A stretch of 64,000 nucleotides of DNA from the NCBI GenBank assembly GCA_021790115.1, contig JAJYIM010000003.1:16602-80601 (forward strand). The letters are read 5' to 3'. The position numbers were made by a program, and so were the translations under genes. The first letter of the stretch is position 1. The number at the start of each line of letters is the position of its first letter. The DNA is from Actinomycetes bacterium. Lineage in GTDB: Bacteria; Actinomycetota; Thermoleophilia; BMS3ABIN01. Below the pieces are notes generated by a model. It made no database searches and was not told the origin of the DNA. It worked only from the letters and a program-made list of their open reading frames with translations. Positions 9,918-18,871 of this stretch are shown here, in pieces.

Positions 9918-11552
9918 TCACCGGCCGGCGGCCGGCTCAAAGCGGCAATCCGTGACGGGCTCGGCGGCCAGGCTTCCGGGCAACGACGTGGGATTTGGCC
10001 AGGCGCAGCCGCCCCGGGCCAGCAGCACTTCAGCATTCTGTGGGCCCATTGTGCCGGCGGCATAATTGGGAAAATCATCAGCCGGCAGGGATTGCCAATA
10101 CTCAAGAACGGGCGTCAGAATCGTCCAGGCAGCCTCCACCTGATCGGCGCGCATGAAAATGGTGGCGTCGCCCATCATCAAATCCCAAAGCAGGGTTTTG
10201 TAGGCATCCGGCAATGGCTCGCGGAAGGCGTCCCCGTAATTGAAATGCATGCTTACCGGCTGCAGGATAAGCTGCGCCCCCGGCTTCTTTGCCTGGAATC
10301 TCAAGGATATTCCTTCCTGCGGCTGAATGCAGAGAACCAGCGCCGCCGGCAGCCAGTTGCCGGCGGCCTCGGGAGGGAAAGATTGATGCGGCACCTGGCG
10401 AAAATGAATCACGATTTCCGACACCTGCTGGGCCAGCCGCTTGCCCGTGCGCAGGTAAAAGGGCACGTCTTGCCAGCGCCAATTGTCAACAAACAACTTC
10501 ATGGCGGCAAATGTTTCCGTGTTTGAGTCAGGGGCTACGCCCGGCTCCTGCCGGTATCCCGGCACCTGCTTGCCGTTGATTGTCCCGGCCCCGTACTGGC
10601 CGCGCGTCGCGAACTCCCAGACGGAATTTGACGGAATCTGGCGCACAGCGTGCAGAACGTCAACTTTCTTGTTCCGCAGCTCATCGGCGTCGAAGGAAAC
10701 AGGCGGCTCCATCGCAATCAGGCAAAGCAGTTGCAGCAGATGATTTTGCACCATGTCGCGCAGGGCGCCGGCGCCCTCGTAATAGCCGCCGCGGCGCTCC
10801 AATCCCACCTGCTCAGCCACTGTAATGGTGACGTAGTCAATATAGCGGCGGTTCCAGACAGGCTCGAACAAGACATTGGCAAACCGCAGGGCGAGGATGT
10901 TGCGCACGGTCTCCTTGCCCAGGTAATGGTCAATCCGGAATATCTGCGGCTCGTCAAACCTGCTTGAGATGGTGTGGTTGATTTCAAGCATCGATTTGAG
11001 ATCATGCCCGATAGGTTTTTCCACCAGGATGCGTGATTGCTTTCTTTTGCGGGCCAGCCGGGCCTTGCCCAGCATGTCGGCGATGACGCCGAAGAAACGG
11101 GGGGGAGTGGCGAGGTAAAAAATGCTGAGCGCCTTGCGCTCCCACTTTCTTTCCAGCCGGTCGAGGCGGTCCGCCAGTTGCGCAAATGCTTGTTTATTGG
11201 TAAAGTCCGCCCTAAAGTAACTAAAATGGCTGCCGAACTCTTTCCAGTCTTTCCCCCGGAGTTGGTGCTGGGCAAAGCGCTTGGCCCCGCTCCGGAACCG
11301 CTCCAGCAGCTCGTCTTCTCTGATCTGGACTGCGTCTACGATGACAATGGCAAAATAATCAGGCAGGCAGCCATCCTTAAAGAGGTCAAACAGCGCCGGC
11401 ACCAGCTTGCGCCAGGCCAGGTCGCCGGCCCCGCCGAAGATCACGAGCACGGTGGGCTCAGACGGCGGTTGATAGGAAGAAAGACCCGTTAGCGCGACTG
11501 CAGCTGACCCTTTTCGCTTTTGTGCTCTTGCTTGTGTTTTGACGGTTTGCAT
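9918..11552 (-). CDS. zwf: glucose-6-phosphate 1-dehydrogenase
   Basis: VIFGGAGDLAWRKLVPALFDL (dinucleotide-binding motif), RIDHYLGKE (substrate/catalytic motif), 544 aa. Lies 25 nt after nuoN and 21 nt before cydA on the same strand. Confidence 0.9.
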   Translation of the reverse strand: MQTVKTQARAQKRKGSAAVALTGLSSYQPPSEPTVLVIFGGAGDLAWRKLVPALFDLFKDGCLPDYFAIVIVDAVQIREDELLERFRSGAKRFAQHQLRGKDWKEFGSHFSYFRADFTNKQAFAQLADRLDRLERKWERKALSIFYLATPPRFFGVIADMLGKARLARKRKQSRILVEKPIGHDLKSMLEINHTISSRFDEPQIFRIDHYLGKETVRNILALRFANVLFEPVWNRRYIDYVTITVAEQVGLERRGGYYEGAGALRDMVQNHLLQLLCLIAMEPPVSFDADELRNKKVDVLHAVRQIPSNSVWEFATRGQYGAGTINGKQVPGYRQEPGVAPDSNTETFAAMKLFVDNWRWQDVPFYLRTGKRLAQQVSEIVIHFRQVPHQSFPPEAAGNWLPAALVLCIQPQEGISLRFQAKKPGAQLILQPVSMHFNYGDAFREPLPDAYKTLLWDLMMGDATIFMRADQVEAAWTILTPVLEYWQSLPADDFPNYAAGTMGPQNAEVLLARGGCAWPNPTSLPGSLAAEPVTDCRFEPAAGR

Positions 11553-11577
11553 TTTCCTTCCTTGTCTCGAGGAGCTG

Positions 11578-13005
11578 TTATTTCAGGGCGGCCGTCTTCT
11601 GTATCATGTCAATCAACGGCGCAGGATAAACACCCAGCCAGAAAATCACCGCCAGCAGCGCCGTCAGCATCAGGCTGCCGGCCCAGGGACAGGAAGCGGT
11701 GGCCTCGCCTGAGCTTGCCCCGCGCGGCCGCATGTACATCACCACGACCAGCCGCAGATAATAATAAAGGCTGATGCCGCTGCCGGCCACGAGCGAAAAG
11801 ACAAGCAGCCACAGCGATGAGCCCACGCCCGCGTCCAGCAGGTAGAACTTGCCGATAAAACCGGCTGTCAGCGGGATCCCTGCCAATGAAAAAAGCATGG
11901 CGGCAAATATCGCCGCCAGCCAGGGGCGGCGCCAGAAAAGCCCGCGGTAATCTTCCACGGCGTCTGCTTCGCGGCCGCGGCAAGGCGTCATCCCTACCAC
12001 TCCAAACGCACCCAGCGTTGTCGCCGTATAGGCAGACAGGTAAAAAGTGACGGCGGTGATGGCAAGGGGGCCGCTGGCCAGAAAAGCAACCAACAGATAA
12101 CCGAGATGAGCAATAGAAGAATATGCCAGAATCCTTTTTACGTTGTCCTGAGTTAGCGCCAGCAAATTACCGGCCAGCATTGAGGCAATGGCAATCAGCG
12201 CAAACATCAGAAACAGGTGCGCCTGCGGCCGGATGCCGACCTGGCTGAAGAACCTCAGCGCCAGGGCAAAGACGCCAACCTTGGAAACCGTGGCCACAAA
12301 CGCTGTCACCGGCGCCGGCGCTCCCTGATAAACATCCGCAGTCCACATGTGAAACGGCACCAACGCCAGCTTGAAACCAAGGCCAACCGCGAGCAAACCA
12401 AGGCCGGTTGTAAACAAGACACCGGCGTTCGCATCGGCTAAAGCCGCCATGCGGGAAAACTGCATGGTTCCTGTTTGATCATAAATGAAAGCCATGCCAA
12501 AAAGAAGAACAGAAGTTGATACCGAAGCCAAAATCAGGTACTTGACACCGGCTTCAATATTAAGGCGGCCGCGCGGGTAAGCAATCAGGATAAAGAGGGA
12601 TGAGCTGAGCAGCTCCAGCCCCAGGAACAGCGAAGCAAAGTGGCTGCTGGCGGCCATGACGGCGGCGCCAAGGGCGGCCAGCAGCAGCAGCAGGTAAAGT
12701 TCCTCCTGTTGCCCCTGCTGTTTGCGCAGATAGACAAAGGAAAAAACTGCCACAACAAACGTTGCCGCCAGGATGACGCCGGTATAAAACAGGGCGTAGC
12801 CGTCAACAACAAGGAGCGAGGTTACCCGGCGCGGGCCGCTACCAGCCGCCAACGGCAGCATCGCGGCGGCGGCCGTCAGCCCTGCCAGTGTGATCAGCAA
12901 GACCAGGATGTGGCTGCGGTAAACCGAAACCGCCAGCATGATCAGGACCACAGTTGCGGCAAGCACCGTCAGCGGCAACAGCGAGATAAAATCCTGGCCG
13001 CTCAA
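11578..13005 (-). CDS. nuoN: NADH-quinone oxidoreductase subunit N
   Basis: 14-TM antiporter-like subunit, last gene of the nuo block. Overlaps the nuoM stop. Confidence 0.85.
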   Translation of the reverse strand: MSGQDFISLLPLTVLAATVVLIMLAVSVYRSHILVLLITLAGLTAAAAMLPLAAGSGPRRVTSLLVVDGYALFYTGVILAATFVVAVFSFVYLRKQQGQQEELYLLLLLAALGAAVMAASSHFASLFLGLELLSSSLFILIAYPRGRLNIEAGVKYLILASVSTSVLLFGMAFIYDQTGTMQFSRMAALADANAGVLFTTGLGLLAVGLGFKLALVPFHMWTADVYQGAPAPVTAFVATVSKVGVFALALRFFSQVGIRPQAHLFLMFALIAIASMLAGNLLALTQDNVKRILAYSSIAHLGYLLVAFLASGPLAITAVTFYLSAYTATTLGAFGVVGMTPCRGREADAVEDYRGLFWRRPWLAAIFAAMLFSLAGIPLTAGFIGKFYLLDAGVGSSLWLLVFSLVAGSGISLYYYLRLVVVMYMRPRGASSGEATASCPWAGSLMLTALLAVIFWLGVYPAPLIDMIQKTAALK

Positions 13006-14567
13006 GAACCGCTCCCCGGTTTTGTGGCGCCTGCCTGGGGGTCCTTGTGCGCCACCGCGCCTGATGCTTCCGGCTGATGGTGCCCGGGCGCGTAACTGCC
13101 GAGCTTTTTCAGAGCTCCGCGCGCTGTACTTAAAACCGGCTGCGGGTAGAGGCCCAGTGCAGTGATCACCACAATCATGACCGCCATGATCGCGCTTTCA
13201 CGCAGGTTGTAATCAGGCAGTTGCCGGTGGTGCTTGTTCCGGCCCAGAAACACCCGCTGAACCAACCAAAGGGCGTAGACCGTGGAAACGATAAAACCAA
13301 GCGACGCCAGCACTGCCAGCGGAATGCTAACCTGGTAAACGCCCAGGAGCACCAGGAATTCACCGACAAAATTTCCCAGCCCCGGCAGCCCCAGCGAAGC
13401 GAGCGCAAACAGCAGCCCGGCTCCGCTCAGCCGCGGCATCACTGACCAAAGGCCACCCATGCGGTCAAGATCGCGCGTATGGATGCGGTCCTGGAGGTCG
13501 CCCACGATCACGAACAGCGCCCCGGTGCTGACCCCGTGCGCAATCATGATGACAATTGCTCCCTGCAGAGCCAGCTGGTTCCAGGCAAAGATCCCCAGCA
13601 GCACGAAACCCATGTGGCTGATGCTGGTGTAAGCGACCATGCGCTTAAGGTCAGTCTGGGAAAATGCCAGCAAGGCGCCGTAAATGATGCCCGCTACCGC
13701 CAGCGACATCGCCAGCGTGGAAAAATCAGAGGCGGCGCGGGGAAAAAGCGGCAGCAAAAAACGGAGCATGCCAAAAGCGCCCACTTTCAGCACCAGGCCA
13801 GCCAGGGCAACGCTGCCTGCCGTAGGCGCCTCTGTGTGGGCGTCGGGCAGCCAGGTGTGCAGCGGTAGCACCGGCAGCTTCACGGCAAAGGCGATGAAGA
13901 ACCCCAGCATCAACGCCATTTCCGTGAACGATGACATCGGTGTTCCCAACAGCCCGAGATAATCAAAAGTGTAAACGCCGCTGCTGTTTGCATGAGCAAA
14001 ATAGAGGCCCAGGATCGCCACCAGCATCACGAGGCTGCTGGCCTGGGTAAAGATAAAAAATTTAAGCGCCGCGTAAACGCGGTTCTGGTGCCCCCAGATG
14101 CCAATCAGAAAATAAAGCGGCACCAGCATCAGCTCCCAGAAAAAATAAAACAGAAACAGGTCAACAGCTAAAAAAACGCCGTCAATCGCCGCCAGAATCC
14201 AGAGCAGGTTAAAATGGAAAAATCCAACCCGGTGCTGGATGCCCTGCCACGAGGCGGCCACGGCCACGATCCCGAGAAAGCTTGTCAGCAGAATCATCAA
14301 CAGGCCAACGCCGTCCAGGGCCAGGTGAAACCTGGCGCCCCAGGCCGGGATCCAGGGCAGATTAAGCTCAGCCAGCCACTGTCCCGGAGCAGCCACAGCC
14401 AGGTTTCCGTGGCTAAAAAAGCCAATCCAGAGGCCGGTCAGCGCCGCCAGTTGCACCAGCAGCGTTATCAGCGAAATCCAGCGCGGCCAGGCATTGCCCC
14501 ACCGGGCCGAAAACCAGGCCAGCAGGCCTCCGGCAAGCAGCCACAGAATTAGCCAGGCCAGGATCAC
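13002..14567 (-). CDS. nuoM: NADH-quinone oxidoreductase subunit M
   Basis: Antiporter-like subunit, 521 aa, conserved NuoM core (…WLPDAHTEAPTAGSVALAGLVLK…). Confidence 0.85.
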   Translation of the reverse strand: MILAWLILWLLAGGLLAWFSARWGNAWPRWISLITLLVQLAALTGLWIGFFSHGNLAVAAPGQWLAELNLPWIPAWGARFHLALDGVGLLMILLTSFLGIVAVAASWQGIQHRVGFFHFNLLWILAAIDGVFLAVDLFLFYFFWELMLVPLYFLIGIWGHQNRVYAALKFFIFTQASSLVMLVAILGLYFAHANSSGVYTFDYLGLLGTPMSSFTEMALMLGFFIAFAVKLPVLPLHTWLPDAHTEAPTAGSVALAGLVLKVGAFGMLRFLLPLFPRAASDFSTLAMSLAVAGIIYGALLAFSQTDLKRMVAYTSISHMGFVLLGIFAWNQLALQGAIVIMIAHGVSTGALFVIVGDLQDRIHTRDLDRMGGLWSVMPRLSGAGLLFALASLGLPGLGNFVGEFLVLLGVYQVSIPLAVLASLGFIVSTVYALWLVQRVFLGRNKHHRQLPDYNLRESAIMAVMIVVITALGLYPQPVLSTARGALKKLGSYAPGHHQPEASGAVAHKDPQAGATKPGSGS

Positions 14568-16441
14568 CAGTTCACCATCATCGCCAGGACGACGATCACG
14601 CCGGCGGCAATGCCGGCGGCGTACCAGCGTGTCCGGCCGGTCTGGGTTTTACCTAGCAGCCTTCCCGCACCGGCCGCCGTCCGGGCCATGCCCGTAAAAA
14701 TGAGATCAAGCAGGTCGTTCTTGCCGGCATGGGCAAGACATGTGTAGGGCATGACAATAATACGCTCGTAAATCCAGTCAAAGCCCCAGCCGGCAAACCA
14801 CCAGCGGTGAAGCAGCCTTCCCGGGGCTGAAGCCGCCAGCGCTTCGGCGTGGCTTGGCCGGCGCAAAAACAGGTGGTAGGCCAGGTAAATGCCGGACAGG
14901 CTGGCGGCGGCGGCGATCAGACCGAACGCAAACTGAGCTGTGGCGCTGCCGGCCTGCTGCATGGCCGGCAGGGAGTGATGCAAAAAGCGTGACAAAACCG
15001 GCAGTCCCGGCGCCTCCACAAATCCGCCCGCCAGGGAAAGCACGGCAAGCGCCACCAGGGGTGCCTGCATGGAAAAACCCGGCAGGCTGCCAATACGGCC
15101 GCGGCTGCGTCCAAAAAAGGTAAGGAAAACCATGCGAAAAGTGTAAATGGATGTCAAAAAAGCCCCGGCCAGACCGGCCGCCCACAGCCAAACGCTGCCC
15201 GAGGCCGATGACCAGGCATCCCAAAGGATAAGGTCCTTGCTGTAAAAACCGGCAGTGATGAGCGGCAGCGCAGATAGGGAAGCCGCGCCGGCCAGGAAAG
15301 TCCAGAAGGCAAGCGGAAGCTGTTTGCGAAGTCCTCCCATCCGGAACATGTCATGCTCCTCGCCCAGGGCTTTTATCACCACTCCCGCGCCAAGGAACAA
15401 GAGCGCCTTAAAAAAGGCGTGGGTCATGAAATGGAAGATTGCCGCCGACCACGCGCCCACTCCCAGCGCCAGGAACATGTAGCCGATCTGGCTGATGGTG
15501 GAATAGGCAAGCACCCGCTTGATATCCCTCTGGACAAGAGCGCTAAAACCGGCCAACAGCAGAGTTGCGGCGCCAATTACGGCCACCAGCAGGCGCACGT
15601 GCGGCGCCAGGCTGAAAAGCGCGTTTGTGCGGGCAATCAGGTAGACGCCGGCTGTAACCATGGTGGCGGCATGAATGAGGGCGCTCACGGGAGTGGGGCC
15701 GGCCATCGCGTCCGGCAGCCAGGTTTGCAGCGGCAACTGCGCCGATTTTCCCAAGGCTCCGGTCAGCAGGAGGGCGGCGGCCGCCACCGCTAGGCCGGAG
15801 CCGGCCTGCCAGTGGGCGGAAGCCAGTCGCATCAGCGCCTGGATTTGCAGCGTGCCCAGCTTGTTAAACAGGAGGAAAAGGGCGATTGCCATGGCGGCAT
15901 CGCCCACGCGCGTAACGATAAAGGCCTTGCGGGCGGCCCGGCCGTTGGCGGCGTCCTTGTACCAGAAGCCGATCAACAGGTAGCTGCAAAGGCCCACACC
16001 CTCCCAGCCAAGGTATAGCAGGACGAGATTGTCCGCCAGCACCAGCGTCAGCATGAACCCCACAAACAGGTTCATGTAAGCGAAGAAGCGCCGGCGGCCT
16101 TCATCGGCAGACATGAATCCGCTGGAATAGATATGGATAAGAAAGCTGACAACCGAAATTACGAGGATCATTACCAGCGAAAGCGCATCCAGGTAAAAGG
16201 AAATGCCCGGGTCGAATCCTCCGACCTTCATCCATGTCCACAGCGTTTGGGAGTAGGAGTACCCTGCAGGCGGGGAAATCAGAAAATCGAGGGAAAGCGC
16301 CAGCGACGCCAGCGCCGACAGGCCCACCGATCCGGCGCCGATGGCGGCGCTGCCCCGCCGGCCGAGCCGGCGGCCTCCCAGCGCCAAGAGCGCAAAGCCG
16401 GCAAAAGGAAAGAAGGGTATCAGGAAAAGCAGCCTTAGCAC
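14564..16441 (-). CDS. nuoL: NADH-quinone oxidoreductase subunit L
   Basis: 625 aa antiporter-like subunit with the long C-terminal extension typical of NuoL (…WLPDAMAGPTPVSALIHAATMVTAGVYL…). Confidence 0.85.
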   Translation of the reverse strand: MLRLLFLIPFFPFAGFALLALGGRRLGRRGSAAIGAGSVGLSALASLALSLDFLISPPAGYSYSQTLWTWMKVGGFDPGISFYLDALSLVMILVISVVSFLIHIYSSGFMSADEGRRRFFAYMNLFVGFMLTLVLADNLVLLYLGWEGVGLCSYLLIGFWYKDAANGRAARKAFIVTRVGDAAMAIALFLLFNKLGTLQIQALMRLASAHWQAGSGLAVAAAALLLTGALGKSAQLPLQTWLPDAMAGPTPVSALIHAATMVTAGVYLIARTNALFSLAPHVRLLVAVIGAATLLLAGFSALVQRDIKRVLAYSTISQIGYMFLALGVGAWSAAIFHFMTHAFFKALLFLGAGVVIKALGEEHDMFRMGGLRKQLPLAFWTFLAGAASLSALPLITAGFYSKDLILWDAWSSASGSVWLWAAGLAGAFLTSIYTFRMVFLTFFGRSRGRIGSLPGFSMQAPLVALAVLSLAGGFVEAPGLPVLSRFLHHSLPAMQQAGSATAQFAFGLIAAAASLSGIYLAYHLFLRRPSHAEALAASAPGRLLHRWWFAGWGFDWIYERIIVMPYTCLAHAGKNDLLDLIFTGMARTAAGAGRLLGKTQTGRTRWYAAGIAAGVIVVLAMMVNW

Positions 16442-16444
16442 GGC

Positions 16445-16753
16445 TCAGCCTTTCATTCTGCTTGCTTTGTCGATGTCCAGGGATTTGAGATGGTGATAAA
16501 GCTGCAGCACCAGCGCCAGCCCCAGTGAAACCTCCACTGCCGCCATGGCCAAGATGAAGATGAACATCAACTGCCCGTCGGGCTGCCGCCAGCGGGAGCC
16601 GCCGACAACAAACGCGAGGCCGGACGCGTTTACCATGATCTCAATCGACAACAGCATGAAAATGATGTTGCGGCGCGCCAGCACGCCGGCGAACCCGAGG
16701 ACAAACAGCGCCGCCGCCAGCAGCAGCCCGTAATTGGCGGGGATGGACGCCAT
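16445..16753 (-). CDS. nuoK: NADH-quinone oxidoreductase subunit K
   Basis: 102 aa, 3 TM, ...FMLLSIEIMVNASGLAFVV... Confidence 0.85.
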   Translation of the reverse strand: MASIPANYGLLLAAALFVLGFAGVLARRNIIFMLLSIEIMVNASGLAFVVGGSRWRQPDGQLMFIFILAMAAVEVSLGLALVLQLYHHLKSLDIDKASRMKG

Positions 16754-17301
16754 TAGACTTTCTCTCCATTTGGCCGACCGGAGCCTGGACTGTCGGAGCC
16801 TTCACTGCCGGAGCGGCGGCCCAGGTGGTAGGCTCCCACCAGCCCGGCCAGCAGCAGCAGCGAGGCCAGCTCAACCCCAAGCAGGTATGGCCCAAACAGG
16901 GCGATGCCCACTTCATTTGCGCCCACCACGGCCGTGCCGGCTTTGGGCTCCTGCTCGCCCCCGGAGATAAGGATGTAGATGAGCTCTCCCGCCAGGATCA
17001 GCGCCAGCGCGGCCGGACCCAGCCAGGTCCTCGGCTTGAGCCAGATGCGCTCCACCCGCGCCGCCTGGGGGCCAAGGTTAAGGATCATGATTACGAAAAT
17101 AAACAGCACCATAATCGCCCCGGCGTAGATGATCGCCTCAAGCGCCGCCGCAAAAGGCGCCCCCAGGATGAAAAAAATCAGCGATACGGCCAGCAGCGAG
17201 ACAATCAGGTAAAGGAGCGCGTGAACGGCGTTATAGCGGGTGATCACGGCAAGTGTGGCCACAACCGCAACCGCCGCCGAGATGTAAAAAGTGACGTCCA
17301 A
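16753..17301 (-). CDS. nuoJ: NADH-quinone oxidoreductase subunit J
   Basis: 182 aa membrane subunit between nuoI and nuoK. C-terminal Ser/Gly-rich tail. Confidence 0.8.
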   Translation of the reverse strand: MDVTFYISAAVAVVATLAVITRYNAVHALLYLIVSLLAVSLIFFILGAPFAAALEAIIYAGAIMVLFIFVIMILNLGPQAARVERIWLKPRTWLGPAALALILAGELIYILISGGEQEPKAGTAVVGANEVGIALFGPYLLGVELASLLLLAGLVGAYHLGRRSGSEGSDSPGSGRPNGEKV

Positions 17302-17319
17302 GCTATTCTCCGTAGGTCA

Positions 17320-17835
17320 TTACGGCGCAAGCTCCAGTGGGTCGGTGGGGCGTTCTTCCTCTTGAGCCCCGCCTTTATCCTTGCCGCCAATAGCCACGCC
17401 GGCCACCCGGTAAAAATTATAATCATGATACTTGCCAGGACCGCTGATCAACAGGTCTTCCTTTTCATAAACAAGGTTCTGGCGGTCGTATTCACACATC
17501 TCGAAATCAGGAGTCAGCTGGATGGCGTCAGTGGGGCAGGCTTCTTCACAGTAGCCGCAGAAAATGCAGCGCGAAAAGTTAATCCGGAAAAATGAGGGAT
17601 AACGGCGGCCCTGCCTGTCTTCCGTGGCCTGCAGGGAGATGCAGTCAACCGGGCAGGCGGCGGCGCAAAGATAACAGGCAACGCAGCGCTCCCGGCCGTC
17701 AGGATCGCGGGAAAGGATGATCCGGCCCCGCCATCGCGGCGGCAAGTAATCCTTGTGCTCGGGGTACTGGATCGTGGCACGCTTCCTGAACGCATGCAAA
17801 AAGACCTGCCACATGCTTTTAAACAGGCTAATCAT
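17320..17835 (-). CDS. nuoI: NADH-quinone oxidoreductase subunit I (2x[4Fe-4S] ferredoxin-like)
   Basis: Two CxxCxxCxxxCP motifs: [16 protein letters not shown] and [16 protein letters not shown]. Confidence 0.9.
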   Translation of the reverse strand: MISLFKSMWQVFLHAFRKRATIQYPEHKDYLPPRWRGRIILSRDPDGRERCVACYLCAAACPVDCISLQATEDRQGRRYPSFFRINFSRCIFCGYCEEACPTDAIQLTPDFEMCEYDRQNLVYEKEDLLISGPGKYHDYNFYRVAGVAIGGKDKGGAQEEERPTDPLELAP

Positions 17836-17843
17836 ATGATCTC

Positions 17844-18797
17844 CTACCGGGTGGCAAGCACGATTCCTCCCGTAACTACCAGATTCAGGAGCGCCAGCGG
17901 CAGCATCACCTTCCAGCCAAACGACATCAGCTGATCGTAGCGAGGCCGGGGAAAGGTGGCCCTGAGCAGAATGAAGAAGCAGATAAAAAACAGCGTTTTA
18001 ATCGCCAGCCATGCCAGCGGCGGCAGCAGCGGGCCCTGCCAGCCGCCAAAGAATAGCACGCAGATGAGGACGGAGATCAGCGTGATGCCCAGGTATTCTT
18101 CCACGAAGAAGAGGGCGAATTTCATCCCTGAATATTCGGCGTGAAAACCGGCAACCAGCTCACCCTCCGCTTCCGGAAGATCAAATGGCAGCCGGCGGGT
18201 CTCGGCAATACCCGCGGTGAGGAAAATAAGCATGCCGGAAAACTGGGGCACCACGTACCAGAGTCCCTTCTGGGCTTCGACAATGTTTTTCAGGTCAAAG
18301 GAGCCGGCCAGCATGACGACACCCATCAGCGACAGGCTCATAAATACTTCATAGCTGAGCATCTGGGCCGCGGCCCGCATGCTGCCCAGCAGCGAGTACT
18401 TGCTGTCCGAGGCCCAGCCCGCCAGAACGACCCCGTACACGGCCAGCGAAGACATCGCCAGGAAAAAAAGCAGGCCGATGTTAAGATCGGCCACTGCAAT
18501 TCCGGGCGCGTAGGTGATTATGGCAAATGTAAGCAGCACGGGAACAATGATTGCAGCCGGCGCCACGACAAACACAGCCGCGTCGGCAAAGGGAGGCACC
18601 CAGTCTTCCTTGGAAAGAATCTTGATCATGTCCGCCAGCACCTGCAGCAGGCCAAACGGCCCGACCCGGTTGGGACCGTACCGGTCCTGCCACAGCGCCA
18701 GCAGCCGCCGTTCCAGCCAGATAAGGCCGGCGCTGACAGAAAGCGCCGCGATGATGACGCCGAAGATCGTGATAAGTGAAATGACTGCGCTATACAT
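17844..18797 (-). CDS. nuoH: NADH-quinone oxidoreductase subunit H
   Basis: 317 aa, 8 TM, conserved ...[26 protein letters not shown]... Confidence 0.9.
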   Translation of the reverse strand: MYSAVISLITIFGVIIAALSVSAGLIWLERRLLALWQDRYGPNRVGPFGLLQVLADMIKILSKEDWVPPFADAAVFVVAPAAIIVPVLLTFAIITYAPGIAVADLNIGLLFFLAMSSLAVYGVVLAGWASDSKYSLLGSMRAAAQMLSYEVFMSLSLMGVVMLAGSFDLKNIVEAQKGLWYVVPQFSGMLIFLTAGIAETRRLPFDLPEAEGELVAGFHAEYSGMKFALFFVEEYLGITLISVLICVLFFGGWQGPLLPPLAWLAIKTLFFICFFILLRATFPRPRYDQLMSFGWKVMLPLALLNLVVTGGIVLATR

Positions 18798-18871
18798 TGA
18801 TGCGCTTCCTGTTTGTCAATGCGGTCATGCCTGAACTTTCATCACATGTGACCGCCGGGTGCAGGCCCCCT